Source: Octopus vulgaris (Eukaryota). From it: 64,000 nucleotides of DNA. Made by a program: the position numbers and the translations under genes. Below, in pieces: positions 62,993 to 64,000 of this stretch (positions within the stretch are counted from its first letter, which is position 1; each line of letters begins with the position of its first letter). The stretch is from contig OX597819.1 of assembly GCA_951406725.2 (NCBI GenBank), positions 114,080,001 to 114,144,000 of the forward strand. The letters run 5' to 3'. A model generated the notes under the pieces. It made no database searches and had not been told where the DNA came from. It saw nothing but the letters and a program-made list of their open reading frames with translations.

Positions 62993-63738
62993 AGTCAAAC
63001 CAAATATTGATATTTTGATTGCATTTAATAAGCATATTTCAGGAGAAAAATTTCTTTACTTGGATAATTACCTGAAACACGTGCATTAAATGCATTCAAA
63101 ATATCAATATTTCAATATTTGACATTATGTTGTGTGTGTGTGTGTGTGTGTATGTGCGTGTGTGTGTGGATGCGAGCACATTTCTGTGTGTTTGTGTGAG
63201 TGTATGTTTGCATATATGTCATATATATTGTTATATATTGTCATTCATTAATACTGATTTCCATCCACACTTTTGTTGCACATCTCCACCCCCATCCCCA
63301 CTGTGCCACCATACTATTTCTCCAAACCTCCACACCCACCATACATCCTGCCCTTCTCATACACTGCATCTGCCTCACTTTGCTACCAACTCCTGCAACA
63401 TACCCACGCATATGTCATTTCCCTTTCTCCCCCATGTTTACCCTACCATCATTTTATTCTACTGCCCTGCTCTACCAGACATTCTCTACTTCACACACTC
63501 ACTCCTAGCAACCCTGCTCAACCTATTCTTACCCATCTTGTACCTTGAAGGCCCACTCTGACAGGCCTTCACCATACATATTGCTTCCCAACTTCCTGCC
63601 TCTCTTCTAAAATGTGCGTAGTCATTGTTGCTCCCCCACAGCAAGAAACATATTCTGCTCTGGCCCTTTCTCACATACCTTACCCATCTTTACTATCCTC
63701 CTAGCATAAAGTTCCCTCTCCTCATTCAGGATCCATGT

Positions 63739-64000
63739 GGAGGCACATGGCCTAGTGGTTAGAGTAGCAGACTCACAGTCGAGGGATTGCAGGTTCGAAT
63801 CTCAGACTGGGTAATGTGTGTGTTTATGAGTGAAACACCTAAGCTCCACATGGCTCCGGCCGAAGGTAATGGCGAACTTCTGCTGACTCTTTCACCACAA
63901 CTTTCTCCCACTCTTTCCTCCTGCATCTTGCAGCTCACCTGCGACAGACTGACGTTCCATCCAGGTGGGGAACCTATATGCGAAGGAAACCAGGAAACCG
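63739..64000 (+). mobile_element. tRNA-derived SINE family E with a V-SINE-like 3' domain, running to the window edge
   Basis: A box TGGCCTAGTGG, B box GGTTCGAATC, then CCTGCGACAGACTGACGTTCCATCCAGG. Confidence 0.8.

Larger units (their letters stand above)
11145..64000 (+). other. Probable very long first intron of the K2P gene
   Basis: GT donor at 11145. No K2P pore exon (TIGYG/GFG motif) was recognised downstream in the ORF track or by eye; the region is almost entirely repeats. Confidence 0.6.

Noticed and set aside
12200-63560. Dozens of low-complexity ORFs (poly-YI, CV, HT, LSIY, T, V, D, LS)
   Set aside because: Translations of microsatellites and SINEs, not genes

Overview
Repeat-dense, AT-rich eukaryotic DNA. 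The SINE and microsatellite content points to a cephalopod, most likely Octopus (inference from recognised repeat types, no database search). The only host gene found is coding exon 1 of a two-pore-domain (K2P, TWIK/KCNK1-like) potassium channel at 10967-11144 (+). No exon 2 was recognised in the remaining ~53 kb, which therefore looks like one very long intron. The left end holds the 5' half of a Ty3/Gypsy LTR retrotransposon on the minus strand (LTR, gag with two CCHC knuckles, open pro-RT), with a canonical -1 frameshift signal (G GGA AAC plus a predicted pseudoknot). The rest is a mosaic of tRNA-derived SINEs, LINE fragments (RTE, Tx1/L1, CR1-group, R4/Dong-like), two deleted mariners, hAT-, Merlin-, piggyBac- and Helitron-like non-autonomous elements, minisatellites and microsatellites. 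The most interesting signal is at 13110-13564: a head-to-head palindromic element with a tRNA-like Pol III head and a minimal type I hammerhead ribozyme in each arm. Further hammerhead-like cores, several long fold-backs and a decayed Penelope GIY-YIG endonuclease elsewhere in the window suggest a Penelope-driven ribozyme-SINE (retrozyme-like) system. Repeat boundaries were read by eye and may be off by a few to tens of bases.
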